DNA of 64,000 bases from Bacteriovoracaceae bacterium. GTDB lineage: Bacteria > Bdellovibrionota > Bacteriovoracia > Bacteriovoracales > Bacteriovoracaceae. The number at the start of each line of letters is the position of its first letter. Positions within the stretch are counted from its first letter, which is position 1. Under the pieces are notes generated by a model, which saw only the letters and a program-made list of their open reading frames with translations, was not told where the DNA came from and made no database searches. This document shows, in pieces, positions 61,005 through 64,000 of this stretch. Location of the stretch: positions 62,001 through 126,000 of the forward strand of contig JABIHA010000020.1 of assembly GCA_018649885.1 (NCBI GenBank), given 5' to 3'. Made by a program: the position numbers and the translations under genes.

Positions 61005-62360
61005 GTGCCTGTGTGCTTGCTCATTGAAGATAGAGAGAAGGTGGCTGCACTTAATTCGCTAAACCTTCGGGTCTATGTTGGACTTGAAGTCATTTGGATG
61101 AAAAATACTGAAGATGCCATGAGGGTTCTTGATGTTGTACCCAATATTGACCTGATTATAACTAGAGCGAAAATCAAATCCTGTAATTCTGCAGTGGAGA
61201 TCACTGAAAAGATGCAAATCTCGGGAAAAAAGATTCCAATGATTGTCATTGGCTCTGATCCCCATCTCGATAAAACCATCAGGTGCCTGGCCTCTAGTGT
61301 TGATATTTTCAAGTTGGTTCGAATAACAGCTCAAATGATGGGTGTTACGGCTCAGGAAATGCTGGAAAAAGTAGTCCCAGACTATTACTCGATACCACTT
61401 CGCTATTTTAAATATATTAATAATATTATATGTGAAGTCTATATCAAAATTTCAAATGACTCCGATAACTTCCAATTTATAAAAGTTGCAAATGCTGGTG
61501 AAGGCGAAAAGTTATCAGTGAGTGCCATAGCTGGCTTTGCAAAAAAAGGTGTAAAAGATCTCTTTATTTTGTGCCAAAACAGACTCAAATTCGTAACGGC
61601 CTTTACCAACGAAATTGTTCCTCAGCTCTATAATGAAAAGCTAAGTGTAAGTGAACGCTTTGAGCTCAATGAAATTTCTTTTGATTTTGTATCAGCAGAT
61701 ATTGGAAAAGTCGGCCTCAATGAAGATATAGTGAAAATGTCAAAGGCCGGGATACAATCTGTAGTGAAATTTTCAGATCAATTTATTGGAACCAAAATCA
61801 AAAACCTATTAAGTACTATGATTTCTAAACCTGGATCGTATAAATTCAAAATGGCCCAATTAACCCATATTTTAGCTTCCCATGCAATTAGAGAGAGAAG
61901 CTGGGGAACTCAGGAGCATATTGATAAACTAGGTTATGTATCATTTTTTCATGATGTATTAATTCCAAATGACCAGATGGCAAAAGTCCTTACCAATGGG
62001 GAGTGTGAGATTCTTAAGCCTAAGCCACATGAGCTCAACATACTCAATAACCATGCACTATGGACTCAAGAACTTTTAGATAAATATCCAGAGGCAAAAA
62101 TGGGAGTCAATATACTTATTAGACAACACCATGGGTCCCTAACAGGAGTGGGTTATCCAGACAGCTATAGCACCAGGCTCTCCCCTCTTAGCATTGTTTT
62201 TATTGCTAGTGAGTTCTATGCAAGAGAAGTTCTCGAAAATACTAACGATTTCTCGCACCATAAAATTTTGGAAAATTTGCATCATTTAATGAATTGTCAT
62301 AAGTATCGTGAAGTACTTGAAAGCTTTGACAGCATCTATAAAGTAAAGAAAGCTTCTTAA
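61005..62360 (+). CDS. Degenerate receiver + HD-GYP-like domain protein
   Basis: CLLIED..IDLIITR; FFHDV, QHHG..GVGYP. Confidence 0.75.
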   Translation: MPVCLLIEDREKVAALNSLNLRVYVGLEVIWMKNTEDAMRVLDVVPNIDLIITRAKIKSCNSAVEITEKMQISGKKIPMIVIGSDPHLDKTIRCLASSVDIFKLVRITAQMMGVTAQEMLEKVVPDYYSIPLRYFKYINNIICEVYIKISNDSDNFQFIKVANAGEGEKLSVSAIAGFAKKGVKDLFILCQNRLKFVTAFTNEIVPQLYNEKLSVSERFELNEISFDFVSADIGKVGLNEDIVKMSKAGIQSVVKFSDQFIGTKIKNLLSTMISKPGSYKFKMAQLTHILASHAIRERSWGTQEHIDKLGYVSFFHDVLIPNDQMAKVLTNGECEILKPKPHELNILNNHALWTQELLDKYPEAKMGVNILIRQHHGSLTGVGYPDSYSTRLSPLSIVFIASEFYAREVLENTNDFSHHKILENLHHLMNCHKYREVLESFDSIYKVKKAS

Positions 62361-62456
62361 CGACCCTCTAAAATCGGCCACACAATGCCTCTCCCCAAGA
62401 CTAGGACAATCAATCCTATCTGGGTATTGCAACATGCAAAACTAAAAAATAGATTA

Positions 62457-62669
62457 TCAATAGCGCAACCTGGGATAACTACTGCCTTCGTCAATAACCC
62501 AAACACCTGTACCTGTAGTAAAATCCCACCCCACATATGTGGCCTCGAGCTTTAGCTGGCCATCCGTTTTTGAAGTACCATCTGCAATATTGGTACAATA
62601 GTCGGGAGCCGCACCTATTCCTGAGCAAGAAGTATCGAGGAAGTAACTTGATTCAATTATATTTTGATC
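62457..62669 (-). pseudogene. Remnant C-terminus of a GLUG-type beta-helix protein
   Basis: IESSYFLD..SKTDGQLKLEATYVG/WDF..VWVIDEGSSYPRL* with a 1-nt frameshift; no start codon. Confidence 0.55.
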
Positions 62670-62825
62670 CTATGGGTGCACCAAAAAGCCTTTCAAGCAT
62701 ATGTTAATAGGTAAAAGCAATAAGTTGTGAAAAGCAGGAGTGTAATTAAATTGAGGCATTAACCTTAAGAAATATTAAATGAAAAAAAGAATTTTTAGTA
62801 CGTCCACACTAAAATATTACGAATC

Positions 62826-64000
62826 CTACCCCTGACTTAATATCTCAATATTTGAGTTTTGCTCATCACTTCTTTCATCATCTTCACCACCATCAACTAT
62901 ACTCATAAGGTCCCTTACGCTAGAGTTAAGGTTTTGAGCACTTACCTTAAGCTGAGACGCCATTGAGGCAGAATTTTGAGCAACTGATGCATTTTGATGA
63001 GTAACCTGATCGAGCTGTTGCATTGCAACTGTTATCTGACCTACACCAGTTGACTGTTCTCCAGAAGCTGTCGCTATTTCTTTGACCATTTCGTTAACAG
63101 AGTCAACATTTTGAAGAATACTTTCTAAAGATAAACCGCATTTATCGGCCATCATCGTACTTCTTTCAACTTTTTCTTCACCTTTGGCCACAAGGTTTTC
63201 AATTTTACTTTTTGAGTTCTCTACAATTTCGTTAACTTGCTTTATAGAGCTATCAAGCATTTCAGAAATCTCTAGGGCTGCCCTACCTGACATAGCAGCA
63301 AGGCTTCCAACTTCTTCTGCAACAACAGCAAACCCTTTACCGTGCTCGCCAGCTCGTGCTGCCTCTACGCTTGCATTAAATGACAAAAGTTTGGTTTGAA
63401 ATACTATTTCATTGATAACCTTTGTTTTTTCTCCAATTTGTTCGATCAACTCAGAAATTTTTGTTATTTCATCGTTATTATTTTTCATCTCCATGCTGAT
63501 TTCAGAATTACTACTCGCTATATCGCCAATTGATTTGATCAAATCCTCAATATTTTTCTTACCTTTAACGGCCTCATCGTGAGAATTTTCAGAGTTCTTG
63601 GTTGAAGAGGCAGCAGCAGTGGCATTTTTTTGAACCATGCTGCTGATTTCATCAATTGAACAAACTGTCTCTTGAAGTGAGGCAGCTTGTTCACGCGAAG
63701 CATTGCTAAGTTGAATACTGGCCTCAGCAATCTCGTTACTTGAGGAGGTGACTTCCCCTGAGCTTCTTCTAAGTAAAGTAATTACTTGATGAATTTTTTT
63801 AGTGATCGATCCTGACATTAAGGCGACAAAGAAAAATAAAGCCGCGAGAAAAATACTAATCACTATTGATATTTTAAATAAGGCTTGAGCAGACTCACTT
63901 TGAATTTGATCAATATCGCTTACTAAATCATCTTTTTGATAAATAATTAACTTCCCCAATATATTCAAAGCACCTGTAATAGTTGAAAAAAATTGATTAG
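62826..64000 (-). CDS. Methyl-accepting chemotaxis protein (5' end beyond window)
   Basis: [32 protein letters not shown] helix; frame open to window edge. Confidence 0.95.
   Translation of the reverse strand, partial: NQFFSTITGALNILGKLIIYQKDDLVSDIDQIQSESAQALFKISIVISIFLAALFFFVALMSGSITKKIHQVITLLRRSSGEVTSSSNEIAEASIQLSNASREQAASLQETVCSIDEISSMVQKNATAAASSTKNSENSHDEAVKGKKNIEDLIKSIGDIASSNSEISMEMKNNNDEITKISELIEQIGEKTKVINEIVFQTKLLSFNASVEAARAGEHGKGFAVVAEEVGSLAAMSGRAALEISEMLDSSIKQVNEIVENSKSKIENLVAKGEEKVERSTMMADKCGLSLESILQNVDSVNEMVKEIATASGEQSTGVGQITVAMQQLDQVTHQNASVAQNSASMASQLKVSAQNLNSSVRDLMSIVDGGEDDERSDEQNSNIEILSQG

Noticed and set aside
1..64000. CRISPR arrays, prophage, IS/integrase, rRNA/tRNA, anti-phage defence genes
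   Set aside because: No regularly spaced repeats, transposase/integrase/phage motifs, RNA gene signatures or recognisable defence domains seen by eye.

Overview
AT-rich bacterial chromosomal window. It is most consistent with a predatory Bdellovibrionota genome (Bacteriovorax/Halobacteriovorax-like). That assignment is inferred from a TIGR02147/DUF4423-type HTH protein, a degenerate receiver/HD-GYP protein, an RNPAS motif and many orphan secreted proteins. Housekeeping genes include rbgA, a short CCA-type nucleotidyltransferase, uvrA, a TrxB-like reductase with a Prx5-Grx hybrid, a U32/RlhA-like protein and a TetR-fadI-fadJ-acyl-CoA dehydrogenase operon. They are interspersed with secreted hydrolases. 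Top finds: (1) a five-gene isonitrile biosynthetic operon (PvcA/IsnA, PvcB/IsnB, atypical P450, GNAT-like, secreted protein) carrying the enzyme types of the fungal xanthocillin pathway; (2) a 1196-aa secreted protein fusing an L,D-transpeptidase to a lysozyme/SLT-like domain, behind a sigma28-type promoter; (3) a LuxI/FeeM-like acyltransferase gene, split by an in-frame TGA, facing two HTH-V4R/H-NOX-like regulators. Several broken genes are present: an 8-bp duplication frameshift, internal deletions and an ATC start. No rRNA, tRNA, CRISPR array or intact mobile element was seen. All calls come from motif reading by eye, with no database searches.
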